Both the position numbers and the translations under genes were made by a program. The notes below the pieces were generated by a model. That model saw nothing but the letters and a program-made list of their open reading frames with translations, was not told the origin of the DNA and searched no databases. A DNA stretch of 64,000 nucleotides from Pirellulales bacterium (GTDB taxonomy: Bacteria > Planctomycetota > Planctomycetia > Pirellulales > JADZDJ01), in contig DASRSD010000152.1 of assembly GCA_035656635.1 (NCBI GenBank), positions 9,357 to 73,356 of the forward strand, in the 5' to 3' direction. This document shows, in pieces, positions 44,974-54,080 of the stretch; within the stretch, counting starts at the first letter, position 1; each line of letters begins with the position of its first letter.

Positions 44974-46340
44974 TATTTCCGCACTTCGATCTCCGTCAAA
45001 ACTTCGTCCAAGCAATCGACCATGAAGTCGGCATCGTCTATGGTGATGCACATCGGCGGCTTGATGCGCAGCGTGTTGCCGAACAGGCCCCCTTTGCCGA
45101 TCAGCAGCCCGCGGTGCTTGCACATTTCCAACACGTCGGCGGCTTCGGTATTGGCGGGCTCCTTGGTTTTGCGATCGCGCACCAATTCCACGCCCAGCAT
45201 CAGGCCCAGGCCGCGCACTTCGCCAATCAGCTTGTGCCGCTCCTGCAATTCTTTCAGCCGATTTTTCAAATGCGTGCCAACTTTCTTGGCGTTGGCTTGA
45301 ATGTTTTCCTGGTCGATCACTTCCAGCGTGGCCAGGCCTTGCACCATCGAAATGGGGTTGCCGCCATAGGTGTTGAAGTGGATGCGGTTTTTCATCATCT
45401 TGGCAATTTCCATCCGTGTGGTGCAGGCGCCCAGCGGCACGCCGTTGCCGATGCCTTTGGCCATGGTGACCATGTCCGGCGTGACGCCGAAATTCTCGAA
45501 GCCCCAAAAATGCTCGCCGGTGCGGCCGAAGCCCGTTTGCACTTCGTCGGCAATGCATAGGCCGCCCGCTTTGTGGACAATGTCGTACACAATTTTGAAA
45601 TACTCCGGCGGCGGCGTCACCGCTCCTCCTACGCCTTGAATCGGCTCAGCAATGAAGGCGGCCATCTGCCCGCTGGTTTCGTACTTAATGACATTCTCCA
45701 CGTCGTGGGCGCATTTCAGGCCGCAACTGGGATATTCCAATCCGTACGGGCAGCGGTAACAGTAGGGGGCCAGCGCGTTTTTCACGCTGATCGTGGGATT
45801 AGTTTTGAACTTCCACGTGCTGTGGGCCGTTAGTGCCATCGTGGCCTGCGTGCCGCCGTGGTAGCCGTTGCGCAGGCTGATGACTTCGCTGTTGCCGGTG
45901 AATTCGCGCGAGGAAAGAATCGCAATTTCGTTCGCTTCGCTGCCAGAATTGGTGAAATATGTGACCGAAAGATTGCTCCCCTCGGGCATATGCTCGGCTA
46001 ATTTTTTGCCGAATTGCCCGATGGTGGGATGCAAATAAATTGTGGTCACATGCTGGAGCTTGCCGACCTGCTCCTGCACTTTTTTGACAATCTGCGGATG
46101 GCAATGGCCGACCGACACCGTGACAATGCCGGCAAACGCATCGAGATATTGCTTCCCCTTCTCGTCCCACAAATACTGCATTTTCCCTTCGACCAACAGC
46201 AGCGGAGCTTTGTAAAACGTCAAGAGGCCGGGCGTGAGATACTGCTGCCGCAGGGCCAGCACTTCCTCGCGGCTGGGGCCTTTGTACGGCGACGGTTTAT
46301 GATCCGAAATCGGCAACGATGCATGCGTTTGCGTGGCCAC
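44973..46340 (-). CDS. class-III aminotransferase, AGXT2-like (beta-alanine / 3-aminoisobutyrate:pyruvate type)
   Basis: SGSEANE...IAEPIQGVGG...DEVQTGFGRTG...TMAKGIGNG contains the PLP-binding Lys motif. The functional call uses the context of the pyrimidine-catabolic genes. Confidence 0.8.
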   Translation of the reverse strand: MATQTHASLPISDHKPSPYKGPSREEVLALRQQYLTPGLLTFYKAPLLLVEGKMQYLWDEKGKQYLDAFAGIVTVSVGHCHPQIVKKVQEQVGKLQHVTTIYLHPTIGQFGKKLAEHMPEGSNLSVTYFTNSGSEANEIAILSSREFTGNSEVISLRNGYHGGTQATMALTAHSTWKFKTNPTISVKNALAPYCYRCPYGLEYPSCGLKCAHDVENVIKYETSGQMAAFIAEPIQGVGGAVTPPPEYFKIVYDIVHKAGGLCIADEVQTGFGRTGEHFWGFENFGVTPDMVTMAKGIGNGVPLGACTTRMEIAKMMKNRIHFNTYGGNPISMVQGLATLEVIDQENIQANAKKVGTHLKNRLKELQERHKLIGEVRGLGLMLGVELVRDRKTKEPANTEAADVLEMCKHRGLLIGKGGLFGNTLRIKPPMCITIDDADFMVDCLDEVLTEIEVRK

Positions 46341-46560
46341 GAGTAAATCTCCGACGGAGTTTCTGGTTCGGTTCCGATGTTTCTCACCCGATTTTAACGG
46401 GTGCTGGCCGGCTCCGCTACGCCGCTGGGCTGCCCGCGGTGGCCGCAGCCGTCAGGACCATCGCCGAGTGTTTCCAAACCCACCTTTTGGATGACACCGA
46501 GAATTACGTGGTTCCCATTTCGAGGGGACTTCAATCCCATTGTCCCACGAACCCAAAGCA

Positions 46561-46609
46561 AATGGCTGGGTAGTGTCCTAATTTGAAATTAGGACACTAC
46601 CAATGGCTG
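46561..46609. repeat. perfect 33-bp palindrome flanked by 8-bp direct repeats
   Basis: The layout is aatggctg | ggtagtgtcctaattt g aaattaggacactacc | aatggctg. It lies in the divergent promoter region between the aminotransferase gene and the ArsR/SdpR-like gene. Confidence 0.9.
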
Positions 46610-46714
46610 AGCTTGCTTGACATATTTTTTTGGCCCGGCTATATTTCGGTAGTTAGCGAAATAACGAATTAACGGGCACAGGCCGGGTTCGAATCAGGAC
46701 GCCATCAACCGCGG

Positions 46715-46999
46715 ATGAACGCTGTCTTTCAAGCCTTGAGCGATCCCACCCGGCGGCAGGTTTTACAACTGCTGCGCAAGCGCGAGATGACCGCCGGCGA
46801 ATTGGCCGAAAAGTTCCCACTGGCGAAATCGACCCTATCGGGCCACTTCAACATTTTGAAAAACGCCGGCTTAATCGTGGCCGAGAAAAACGGCACCAGC
46901 ATTAAATACAGCCTGAATTTATCTGTCGTGGAGCAAACCATGGCCGCGGTGATGGATTTGTTCGACGTCGGCAAACCCAACAAAAAGGGAAAACCATGA
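46715..46999 (+). CDS. ArsR/SdpR-family transcriptional repressor
   Basis: FQALSDPTRRQVLQLLRKREMTAGELAEKFPLAKSTLSGHFNILKNAGLI is an ArsR-type winged HTH. It is followed by an overlapping SdpI-like gene. Confidence 0.85.
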   Translation: MNAVFQALSDPTRRQVLQLLRKREMTAGELAEKFPLAKSTLSGHFNILKNAGLIVAEKNGTSIKYSLNLSVVEQTMAAVMDLFDVGKPNKKGKP

Positions 47000-47724
47000 A
47001 ACCTACCTGGCGCACCGAATTGCCGCAGTGGATCGTCATCGCCGCCATGTTTGCCGTGGCGGCCTGGGCCTGGCCGCAGCTGCCGGAGCGGATTCCCATT
47101 CACTGGAACTTAAAAGGCGATATCGACGGCTATGGCAGCAAGTTCACCGGGTTGCTGTTGTTGCCGATCACGATCCTCGTGCTGTACTGCGTGTTTCGGC
47201 TCGTGCATTTGATCGATCCAGGCAAGGAAAACTACGCCACGTTTACCAACGCCTTCACCGCCGTGCGGATGGCGTTTGTGTTTTTTATGACCGGAGTTTA
47301 TGTCTTTTCGTTGCTGTCGATCTTCGGCTACAAAGTGAATATGACGACGCTGGTGTGTCTCGACACGGGAGCGTTGTTTTTGGTGATTGGCAATTTCATG
47401 AGCAAAATCCGGCCCAACTGGTTTGTCGGCGTGCGCACACCGTGGACGCTGTCCAGCAAAATGTCGTGGAACAAAACGCATCGCCTGGCCGGTTGGCTGT
47501 TTGTGCTGATGGGTCTGTCAGTGGCGGCGCTGGGAGTGGTTCAAACCACGTGGATGTTCATCTGCATGCTGGTGGTAGTTGTGGGATGCCTGGCCTGGAT
47601 GACCATCTATTCCTATCTGGTCTATCGCCAAGACCCCGACCGCACTTCCCCGGCCGGCGTTTCGCCAGAGACAATCGTATTACCGGAGGCATCTGAAGAA
47701 AGTCGCGTGGATAAATTCACATAG
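46996..47724 (+). CDS. SdpI/YhfL-family membrane protein (DUF1648 plus SdpI domains)
   Basis: An ATGA overlaps the sdpR-like stop. It has several TM segments. IPIHWNLKGDIDGYGSK fits DUF1648 and NWFVGVRTPWTLSS..W fits the SdpI motif. Confidence 0.8.
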   Translation: MKPTWRTELPQWIVIAAMFAVAAWAWPQLPERIPIHWNLKGDIDGYGSKFTGLLLLPITILVLYCVFRLVHLIDPGKENYATFTNAFTAVRMAFVFFMTGVYVFSLLSIFGYKVNMTTLVCLDTGALFLVIGNFMSKIRPNWFVGVRTPWTLSSKMSWNKTHRLAGWLFVLMGLSVAALGVVQTTWMFICMLVVVVGCLAWMTIYSYLVYRQDPDRTSPAGVSPETIVLPEASEESRVDKFT

Positions 47725-47772
47725 CCAAGCTAAAATGAAGCAACCTCCACCGACTTGATTGGGCGCTCGGAC

Positions 47773-48009
47773 ATGACTCTTGATCGCATCACTTTCGACG
47801 ACCGAATTATGGGCGGAAAAGCCTGCATTCGAGGACTACGGATTCCCGTCAGTGTCGTCATCAAATTACTGGCTGGCGGCATGAATGTGGACGAAATTTT
47901 GGCGGATTATCCCGATCTTGAACGGGAAGATATCCAGCAATGCTTGCTCTATGCGGCAATGCTTGCTAATGACGATGATACCGGACCGGGCGCAGTTGGG
48001 GCTGCGTGA
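47773..48009 (+). CDS. DUF433 antitoxin-like protein (second copy)
   Basis: ITFDDRIMGGKACIRGLRIPVSVVIKLLAGGMNVDEILADYPDLEREDIQQCLLYA. I prefer the ATG at 47773 over the TTG at 47755. Confidence 0.75.
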   Translation: MTLDRITFDDRIMGGKACIRGLRIPVSVVIKLLAGGMNVDEILADYPDLEREDIQQCLLYAAMLANDDDTGPGAVGAA

Positions 48010-48150
48010 ATGAAACTCCTGCTCGACATGGGTGTCTCGCTTCATACTGTGGAATATCTGCGGAAAATCGGCCACAACGCCGACCATCTGAGAGCGCGGA
48101 TTAGCCTACCTCGGTTGGCGGCAATATCATTTTGGATAAAGCGGCAATGG
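48010..48150 (+). pseudogene. DUF5615/PIN-like toxin, 5' fragment (frameshifted, then interrupted)
   Basis: MKLLLDMGVSLHTVEYLRKIGHNADHLRA is followed, in another frame, by ..GGNIILDKAAMA. This is collinear with residues 1-45 or so of the intact copy at 40443. Homology stops near 48150. Confidence 0.65.
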
Positions 48151-48249
48151 CCCGATTGGCTCTTGCCGCTTCCCTAGTGCGGCCTGGCCGCGGCTTTCGC
48201 CGGTTGCTACTCACCGCGACGCAAGCCTTCTTCTTTGCCTGCCCACTTT

Positions 48250-48296
48250 CGTGGGCCAACGGCCCAACCTGCAAAAGCCAGGGGCATCGCCCCTGG
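48250..48296 (+). repeat. REP element (two-hairpin unit) upstream of the RAYT gene
   Basis: cgtgggccaacggcccaacctgcaaaagccaggggcatcgcccctgg contains the hairpins gggcc-aac-ggccc and ccagggg-c(a/g)t(c/t)g-cccctgg. Confidence 0.85.
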
Positions 48297-48748
48297 AACG
48301 CATCGCTTTATCATCGATCCTGGTCCATTTGGTCTTCAGCACCAAGAATCGCGAACCTTGGATTCGCCCCGCGATGGAATCGGAGTTATTCGCCTACGGC
48401 ACCACGGTGTTCAAGAATGCCGGCTGTCCGACACTGGCCATGGATGGCATGGCCGATCACATTCACGTTCTATTGAATCTTGCGCGCGTGAAATCGATCG
48501 CCGAGATCGTGGAGGAGTTGAAAACCAGCACATCGAAGTGGATCAAAACGAAGGGGGCGGATTTTCGCGGCTTTCATTGGCAGGCCGGTTACGGCGCGTT
48601 TTCGGTCAGCCAGTCGAAGGTGGCGGATGTTGTCGGATATATCCAAGCGCAAAAAGAGCATCATCGTGGGCGATCGTTCCAAGATGAATTTCGTGGATTG
48701 CTGGAGCGACACAAGATAGCGTTCGATGAGCGATACGTGTGGGATTGA
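48251..48748 (+). CDS. REP-associated tyrosine transposase (RAYT, IS200/IS605 Y1 family)
   Basis: ILVHLVFSTKNREPWI...MADHIHVLLNL...WQAGYGAFSVSQS...YIQAQKEHHR contains the HUH and catalytic Tyr motifs. The start is uncertain: the only in-frame start is the GTG inside the REP. Confidence 0.8.
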   Translation: MGQRPNLQKPGASPLERIALSSILVHLVFSTKNREPWIRPAMESELFAYGTTVFKNAGCPTLAMDGMADHIHVLLNLARVKSIAEIVEELKTSTSKWIKTKGADFRGFHWQAGYGAFSVSQSKVADVVGYIQAQKEHHRGRSFQDEFRGLLERHKIAFDERYVWD

Positions 48749-48837
48749 TGGGCAGTCGGCGCGCGGCAAGGGGGCGGCAAGACGGGCGGCAAGAGCGCCC
48801 CGTTGGGGCTTGAATGAATAATTCTCGCGCCCCGCAT

Positions 48838-49231
48838 CCAGGGGCGTTGCCCCTGGCTATTACAGGTTGGGCCGTTGGCCCACGGCGATGTTGCGTTGCC
48901 TCGTAGGTTGGGCCTTCGGCCCACGGCACGATTTGAATAAATATTTGCGATCTAATTCCAGGGGCGTTGCCCCTGGCTATTGCAGGTTGGGCCGTTGGCC
49001 CACATGAATGACGATGCCTCTGGCTATGGCGGGGTTGGGCCGTGCGCCCTGTGCCCCGAAGGGGCAACCTGCGCTAGCCCAGCGTCGCAGACTCGCCGTG
49101 GTCGAGCCAAGCGCAGCGTCGGCCTGGGTATGCTGGCCGAATGATTCGCCAACGGGGCGCTCTTGCCTTCCTCGGCCGTTGGCCCACGGGACATTTGCCT
49201 CTGGCCATTGCGCGCTGGGCCTTCGGCCCAG
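48838..49231 (-). repeat. array of REP elements in inverted orientation (BIME-like)
   Basis: Full units at 48838-48884 and 48958-49004 are reverse complements of 48250-48296, matching at about 44 of 47 positions. Partial hairpin units lie at 48905-48926, 49033-49065, 49173-49189 and 49215-49231. Confidence 0.85.
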
Positions 49232-49350
49232 CGGGGTTACTTGCGCCTCTTCAGCCCCAAGGCCGCTGCACGTGCTGTCGGTAGCCCCCACAGATTCATG
49301 AGATGAACTGTAGCGGAGTCAACCGATGAGGAGATTGTGCGATTAGGGGC

Positions 49351-49592
49351 TTCAGAGAAAGCCGCGTCATAGCAATTTTTGGCCTAGATTTCATCCATAT
49401 TTTAGCGTTGCAACGGCTTGCTCACCCGTCAGTCGTTTTGTTTCGATTGCCCCAATTCACGACCAAGGAAATCAACCATCGCTTGGAGCAGTTGCTATCG
49501 AAGTACGAAGCCCAATTAACTGCGGGCGCAATTTTGGTAGTCGACCCAAATCGGATTCGAGTTAGAATGCTTCCCATTTGGTAAGCCACTTT
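49351..49592 (+). pseudogene. DUF5615/PIN-like toxin, 3' fragment
   Basis: Own translation gives RESRVIAIFGLDFIHILALQRLAHPSVVLFRLPQFTTKEINHRLEQLLSKYEAQLTAGAILVVDPNRIRVRMLPIW*. This aligns with SENWILITNDKDFGEKVYRQGQPHRGIILLRFVDERSAAKIQALRKLL...FVVVTPSQVRF of the intact copy. Confidence 0.65.
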
Positions 49593-49603
49593 CAATAATT
49601 CCA

Positions 49604-51229
49604 ATGCCGGCGGATGACGAAAGGCTGAACATGGCCGAAATTTCCCTCGCACCTGCAGCGTCTCCACCCGACGGCATTGTCGAACTCGCTGCCGACGTCT
49701 CGGGCTCTCGCTTTTACAGCGCCACCATGGCGCCGGTGAATCGCGCCGGCCGGCACTGGGGCATGAAAGATATTGCCGTGCTGTGGATCAGCATGTCGGC
49801 GTGTATTCCCACGTACATGCTCGCCTCGGGCCTCATTAACGGCGGCATGAATTGGTGGCAGGCCGTCCTCACCATTTTTCTGGCCAACATGATTGTGCTC
49901 CTGCCGATGGTGTTGAACGCGCATGCCGGCACGAAATACGGCATTCCCTTCCCCGTGTATTGCCGCGCCAGCTTTGGTATTCGTGGGGCGAACGTTCCGG
50001 CCATGTTGCGGGCACTGGTCGCTTGCGGCTGGTTCGGCATTCAAACGTGGATTGGCGGTGATGCTATTTACCGAATTTTCACTGCGTTTATTCCCAGTTG
50101 GGATCAATTGCCCAAATACTTTGGCGATGCCGGCAATTCCAGTTCCGGCGTGAACATTGCACAGCTCGGCTGCTTTTTGGGATTTTGGCTGATCAACATG
50201 GGCGTGATTTACATGGGGATCGAGTCAATCCGCATTTTGCTGAACATCAAAGCGCCACTGCTCATTTTGCTCGGATTGGCACTGTTGGCCTGGGCCTATT
50301 TCAGCGCTGGCGGATTTGGCGAAATGCTCTCGCGCCCTTCGCAGTTCGCCGCCGGGCAGCCGCAGGAAGGAAAATTTTGGGGCTTCTTCATCCTTGCGCT
50401 GACCGGCAACGTTGGCTTTTGGGCCACCCTGGCGCTCAACATTCCCGACTTCAGCCGCTATGCCCGCAGCCAGCACGATCAAATGCTTGGCCAGGCGCTG
50501 GGGTTGCCGATCACCATGGCGCTGTATTCATTCATCGGCGTGGCAGTCACGTCGGCGGCATTTGTGATTTACAAAGATTTGCCTGCCGACCAAAAAAAGA
50601 ACTTGTGGGACCCCGTTTTTCTGCTGTCGCTGTTTCAGAACAAGCCGGTGCTCGTGTTCGCCATGTGCTCGTTGGCCTTGGCCACACTGGCCACGAACAT
50701 TGCCGCGAATGTCGTCAGCCCGGCCAACGATTTTGCCCACCTGTGGCCGCGGCGCATTACGTTCCGCATTGGCGGATTGATTACCGGCATCATCGGCATT
50801 CTGATTCAACCGTGGCGCATTTTGGCCAACTCCCACGTATATATCGACAAGTGGCTGGTTGGATATTCCTCGCTGCTGGGCGCCGTCGGCGGCGTGCTAA
50901 TTGCCGATTACATTGTCATCCGCCGCACGCGGCTCAATCAGCGCGGTCTGTACGAACGGCCCGGCCCTTATTGGTACGCAAGCGGTTTCAACCTGCTGGC
51001 AATTTTTTCGCTGGCGGTGGGCATCGCCCTGTGCATCCCCGGCTTTTTAGCGCAGCTGGGCGTGTTGGCACTGGCGAAAGATGCATCGCCGGCCGCAGCC
51101 AGCCTGCCGCGCATCGCCGACTATTGGGGCACGCTGTACGACTTCGCCTGGTTCACCAGCTTCGGCACCGCGTTCGTGCTGTATGTGCTGCTGATGCCGC
51201 TGTTTGGGCCAAAAGCTGCTCGCGAATGA
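49604..51229 (+). CDS. NCS1-family nucleobase:cation symporter (uracil/cytosine/hydantoin/allantoin permease type)
   Basis: The profile shows twelve TM segments. DIAVLWISMSACIPTYMLASGLI...NIPDFSRYA is characteristic of NCS1. The start may instead be the ATG at 49631. Confidence 0.85.
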   Translation: MPADDERLNMAEISLAPAASPPDGIVELAADVSGSRFYSATMAPVNRAGRHWGMKDIAVLWISMSACIPTYMLASGLINGGMNWWQAVLTIFLANMIVLLPMVLNAHAGTKYGIPFPVYCRASFGIRGANVPAMLRALVACGWFGIQTWIGGDAIYRIFTAFIPSWDQLPKYFGDAGNSSSGVNIAQLGCFLGFWLINMGVIYMGIESIRILLNIKAPLLILLGLALLAWAYFSAGGFGEMLSRPSQFAAGQPQEGKFWGFFILALTGNVGFWATLALNIPDFSRYARSQHDQMLGQALGLPITMALYSFIGVAVTSAAFVIYKDLPADQKKNLWDPVFLLSLFQNKPVLVFAMCSLALATLATNIAANVVSPANDFAHLWPRRITFRIGGLITGIIGILIQPWRILANSHVYIDKWLVGYSSLLGAVGGVLIADYIVIRRTRLNQRGLYERPGPYWYASGFNLLAIFSLAVGIALCIPGFLAQLGVLALAKDASPAAASLPRIADYWGTLYDFAWFTSFGTAFVLYVLLMPLFGPKAARE

Positions 51230-51285
51230 GCGCGGGACTGGCGATTTGTGCTACAATTTGGTCGGGCAAGAGCAATGTGAGTTTT

Positions 51286-51897
51286 ATGAATCCCAGCCAG
51301 CCAACACCGACCGTTGTTCCCATGGGGGAAGACGTTTTAGATCGGATGGTGCTCGCCGTGGAATTAGTTAAACAACGTCTTCAGCGTGCCACAGCCGCGT
51401 TGGAATCGGCAGGAATTAAATATGCAGTCATCGGCGGAAATGCTGTGGCCGCGTGGGTGGCGCAAGTCGATCCGGCGGCGGCCCGGAATACTGTTGATGT
51501 CGATTTGCTAGTCGAACGCAGTGATTTTGAAAAGGTTAAATTCGCACTTGCATCGACGGGTTTCGTCCATCGCCATGCAGCCGGAATCGATATGTTTCTC
51601 GATGGTCCCAAGGGCAAACCGCGGGAAGCTGTACATGTCGTTTTCGCTGGAGAGAAAGTGCGAAAGGAATATGTTGCGCCTGCGCCGGGTATCGATGAAG
51701 TCGGACGCCCGCAGGCCTTCAACGTTTTGTCATTTGATGCGCTGGTGCGAATGAAACTCACGTCATTCCGCAAAAAAGATCAAGTCCATTTGCAGGACAT
51801 GATCGAAGTCGGCCTGCTCGATTATCCATATCTCGATCGGCTGCAGCCGGAATTAGCCGCGCGGCTCAAAGAGTTGCTCGATCATCCGGAAAGCTGA
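51286..51897 (+). CDS. nucleotidyltransferase-fold protein (AbiEii/MNT-like?), 203 aa
   Basis: Only the last 203 codons of ORF 50098..51897 look like coding sequence (MNPSQPTPT...). ..YAVIGGNAVAAWV...TVDVDLLV resembles the G-x-x..D-x-D NTase motif. Confidence 0.55.
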   Translation: MNPSQPTPTVVPMGEDVLDRMVLAVELVKQRLQRATAALESAGIKYAVIGGNAVAAWVAQVDPAAARNTVDVDLLVERSDFEKVKFALASTGFVHRHAAGIDMFLDGPKGKPREAVHVVFAGEKVRKEYVAPAPGIDEVGRPQAFNVLSFDALVRMKLTSFRKKDQVHLQDMIEVGLLDYPYLDRLQPELAARLKELLDHPES

Positions 51898-51999
51898 AGG
51901 GCAACCCCACGGTCGCCGCTTTATGATTTGCGTTTATCGACGTTTATTTGCGGCCATTGTTCACAGAGCGCGACCAACGGTCGCGGCTTTATAATCGAA

Positions 52000-52869
52000 T
52001 TACGGCGCCGTAATCGCCCCATACGTTTCCGGCCGGCGGTCGCGATAGAACTGCCAGGTGTTGCGCACTTCGCGGATTAAATCCAGGTCGATGTCGGCCA
52101 GCACAATTTCGTCTTTGTCGCGGCTGGCCTGGGCCACAATTTGCCCGCGCGGATTGCAGAAATAACTTTGCCCGTAAAACTCGCCAATGCGCCACGGTTC
52201 TTCCCAGCCCGGCCGGTTGATGGCACCCACCCAGTACGCATTGGCCACGGCATGCGCCGGCTGCTCCAGCTTCCACAAGTATTCGCTCAAGCCCGCCACT
52301 GTGGCCGACGGATTGAAGACAATTTCCGCGCCGTTCAAACCCAAGCAGCGCGCCCCTTCGGGAAAATGCCGATCGTAGCAAATGTAGACGGCCACTTTGC
52401 CCACACGGGTATCGAATACCGGGTAGCCCATGTTGCCCGGGCGGAAATAAAACTTTTCCCAAAAGCCGGGATTCACCTGTGGGATGTGGATTTTGCGAAA
52501 CTTGCCCAGCCATTTGCCATCGGCATCGATGACGCTGGCCGTGTTGTAATACACGCCGCTCATGTCTTCTTCGTAAATCGGCACGACCAGCACCATGTTG
52601 TGTTTTTTGGCCAGCTCGCACATCAGCTTGGTCGTGGGGCCATCGGGAATTTTTTCCACTAGGTCGTACCATTTGGTCTCTTGCTCGGCGCAAAAATACG
52701 GCCCGTAAAACAGTTCCTGCATGCACAGCACTTGTGCGCCTTTGTCGGCGGCGGCGGCAATCATGGCCACGTGCTTGTCGATCATCGATTTTTTGATTTT
52801 CGCCGGCGGGCTGGTCCCCGGTTCGCTGAGTGTGGCCTGAATGAGCGCCCCCTTCACCATGCGTGACAT
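52000..52869 (-). CDS. beta-ureidopropionase / N-carbamoyl-beta-alanine amidohydrolase (nitrilase superfamily)
   Basis: The CN-hydrolase E-K-C triad context is present (..LCMQELF.., ..FRKIHIP.., ..VYICYDRHFPE..). The functional call is supported by the neighbouring pyrimidine-catabolic genes. Confidence 0.8.
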   Translation of the reverse strand: MSRMVKGALIQATLSEPGTSPPAKIKKSMIDKHVAMIAAAADKGAQVLCMQELFYGPYFCAEQETKWYDLVEKIPDGPTTKLMCELAKKHNMVLVVPIYEEDMSGVYYNTASVIDADGKWLGKFRKIHIPQVNPGFWEKFYFRPGNMGYPVFDTRVGKVAVYICYDRHFPEGARCLGLNGAEIVFNPSATVAGLSEYLWKLEQPAHAVANAYWVGAINRPGWEEPWRIGEFYGQSYFCNPRGQIVAQASRDKDEIVLADIDLDLIREVRNTWQFYRDRRPETYGAITAP

Positions 52870-53119
52870 AAATGCGTTCTCCGATTTTTCGTCAAAAATA
52901 TTGCGTTTGGTATTTCGCTAATGTATGGTAGGGAAAATTGTGCCGATTTCGTTCGGAATCGATTGCCATATCTTAACAATTTGGCTTCCGATGGCTACGG
53001 ACGAATCGGCGCGAATTTGCTGTCGGCAGGGCAGCCGGCACGCTCAGGAAAGGTTCGGAACGCCTTAACCTGGGCCGTGAAATTGGGAACCGGAACATCA
53101 CAATCTAGGGGAGAGGCAC

Positions 53120-53809
53120 ATGAGACGCACCTTCGCGGCGTTATTGGCAGCGCTATTGCTGCACATCGGGGCACATTCTTTACACGCACAAATTCGCATC
53201 ACGGAGTGGATGTACGACGCCAAGGCCGGCACCGGCGCGACCGCCGAAGGAGAATATGTCGAGCTCACCAACATCGGCAGCACGTCCATCGACATGACCG
53301 GTTGGAGCTATGACGACAGCCACGAAGTGGCCGGCACATTCAGTCTCTCAGCGTTTGGCACGGTCGCCGGAAGCCAATCGGTCATCATTGCCGAGCAAGA
53401 TGCCGCCGGTTTCCGCACCGCCTGGAACTTGTCGTCCAACGTCGAAGTAATTGGCGATCTGGGCCATCCCACCGGCAACAACTTGGGCCGTAGTGACGAA
53501 ATGAATATCTTCGACAACACGAACACGTTAGTCGATCGCCTCACATTTAACGACCAAGGCACAGGCAATGCGAAAGGCCCGCGAACGCAAAACTTCAGTG
53601 GCAACCCCACCTCACTGGCGGTATTGGGGACCAACAACGCCTCCCAATGGGTGTTGTCCTCCGCCGGCGATGGCTACGGTTCGTACGCTTCCGCCGCGGG
53701 CAACATCGGCAGCCCGGGGGTGTTTGTTATTCCCGTGCCCGAGCCTTCTGCGGCCCTGCTAATGCTATTGGGCGGAATCGGTCTGGTTGCCTATCTGAAT
53801 TGGCGGTGA
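53120..53809 (+). CDS. lamin-tail-domain (LTD) PEP-CTERM protein
   Basis: It has a signal peptide. IRITEWMYDAKAGTGATAEGEYVELTNIGSTSIDMTGWSYDD fits the LTD pattern, and the C terminus is VPEPSAALLMLLGGIGLVAYLNWR. Confidence 0.75.
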   Translation: MRRTFAALLAALLLHIGAHSLHAQIRITEWMYDAKAGTGATAEGEYVELTNIGSTSIDMTGWSYDDSHEVAGTFSLSAFGTVAGSQSVIIAEQDAAGFRTAWNLSSNVEVIGDLGHPTGNNLGRSDEMNIFDNTNTLVDRLTFNDQGTGNAKGPRTQNFSGNPTSLAVLGTNNASQWVLSSAGDGYGSYASAAGNIGSPGVFVIPVPEPSAALLMLLGGIGLVAYLNWR

Positions 53810-53847
53810 CTGCCGCCAGTTCCGCGTATTTCATATAATACGAGGCT

Positions 53848-54060
53848 ATGGATGACGTACGATTTCGTCGATTGGCATTTTGGGCCTGCATAATTGCCGC
53901 AGCGGCCAATGGATTTCTCGTTTTCGTTGTTTTACCTCTGGGCAAACCGATCGTCGTGCCCATCGTTTGCGTCTGCTTGGCGTTACTTACTTTCCTAACG
54001 ACCGCGGCATCCTTGCGGCGCAAACCTTCGTCGTACCAAACCCTTCCGCCTAATCCCTAA
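53848..54060 (+). CDS. small two-TM membrane protein (70 aa)
   Basis: It has two hydrophobic stretches and lies just upstream of mmsA. I recognise no family. Confidence 0.4.
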   Translation: MDDVRFRRLAFWACIIAAAANGFLVFVVLPLGKPIVVPIVCVCLALLTFLTTAASLRRKPSSYQTLPPNP

Positions 54061-54080
54061 CCCCTGCCCCCTTAAATACC

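Noticed and set aside
48838-49231. Regularly recurring repeats of about 47 nt that at first glance resemble a short CRISPR array.
   Set aside because: The repeats are palindromic two-hairpin REP units of variable completeness and spacing. They are inverted relative to a copy upstream of a RAYT gene. No cas genes are present and there is no constant spacer length.
50098-51285. The 5' two-thirds of the 599-aa plus-strand ORF 50098..51897.
   Set aside because: This part is an out-of-frame overlap of the NCS1 permease gene and translates to Arg/His/Gly-rich nonsense. Only the last 203 codons (51286-51897) look like a real protein.
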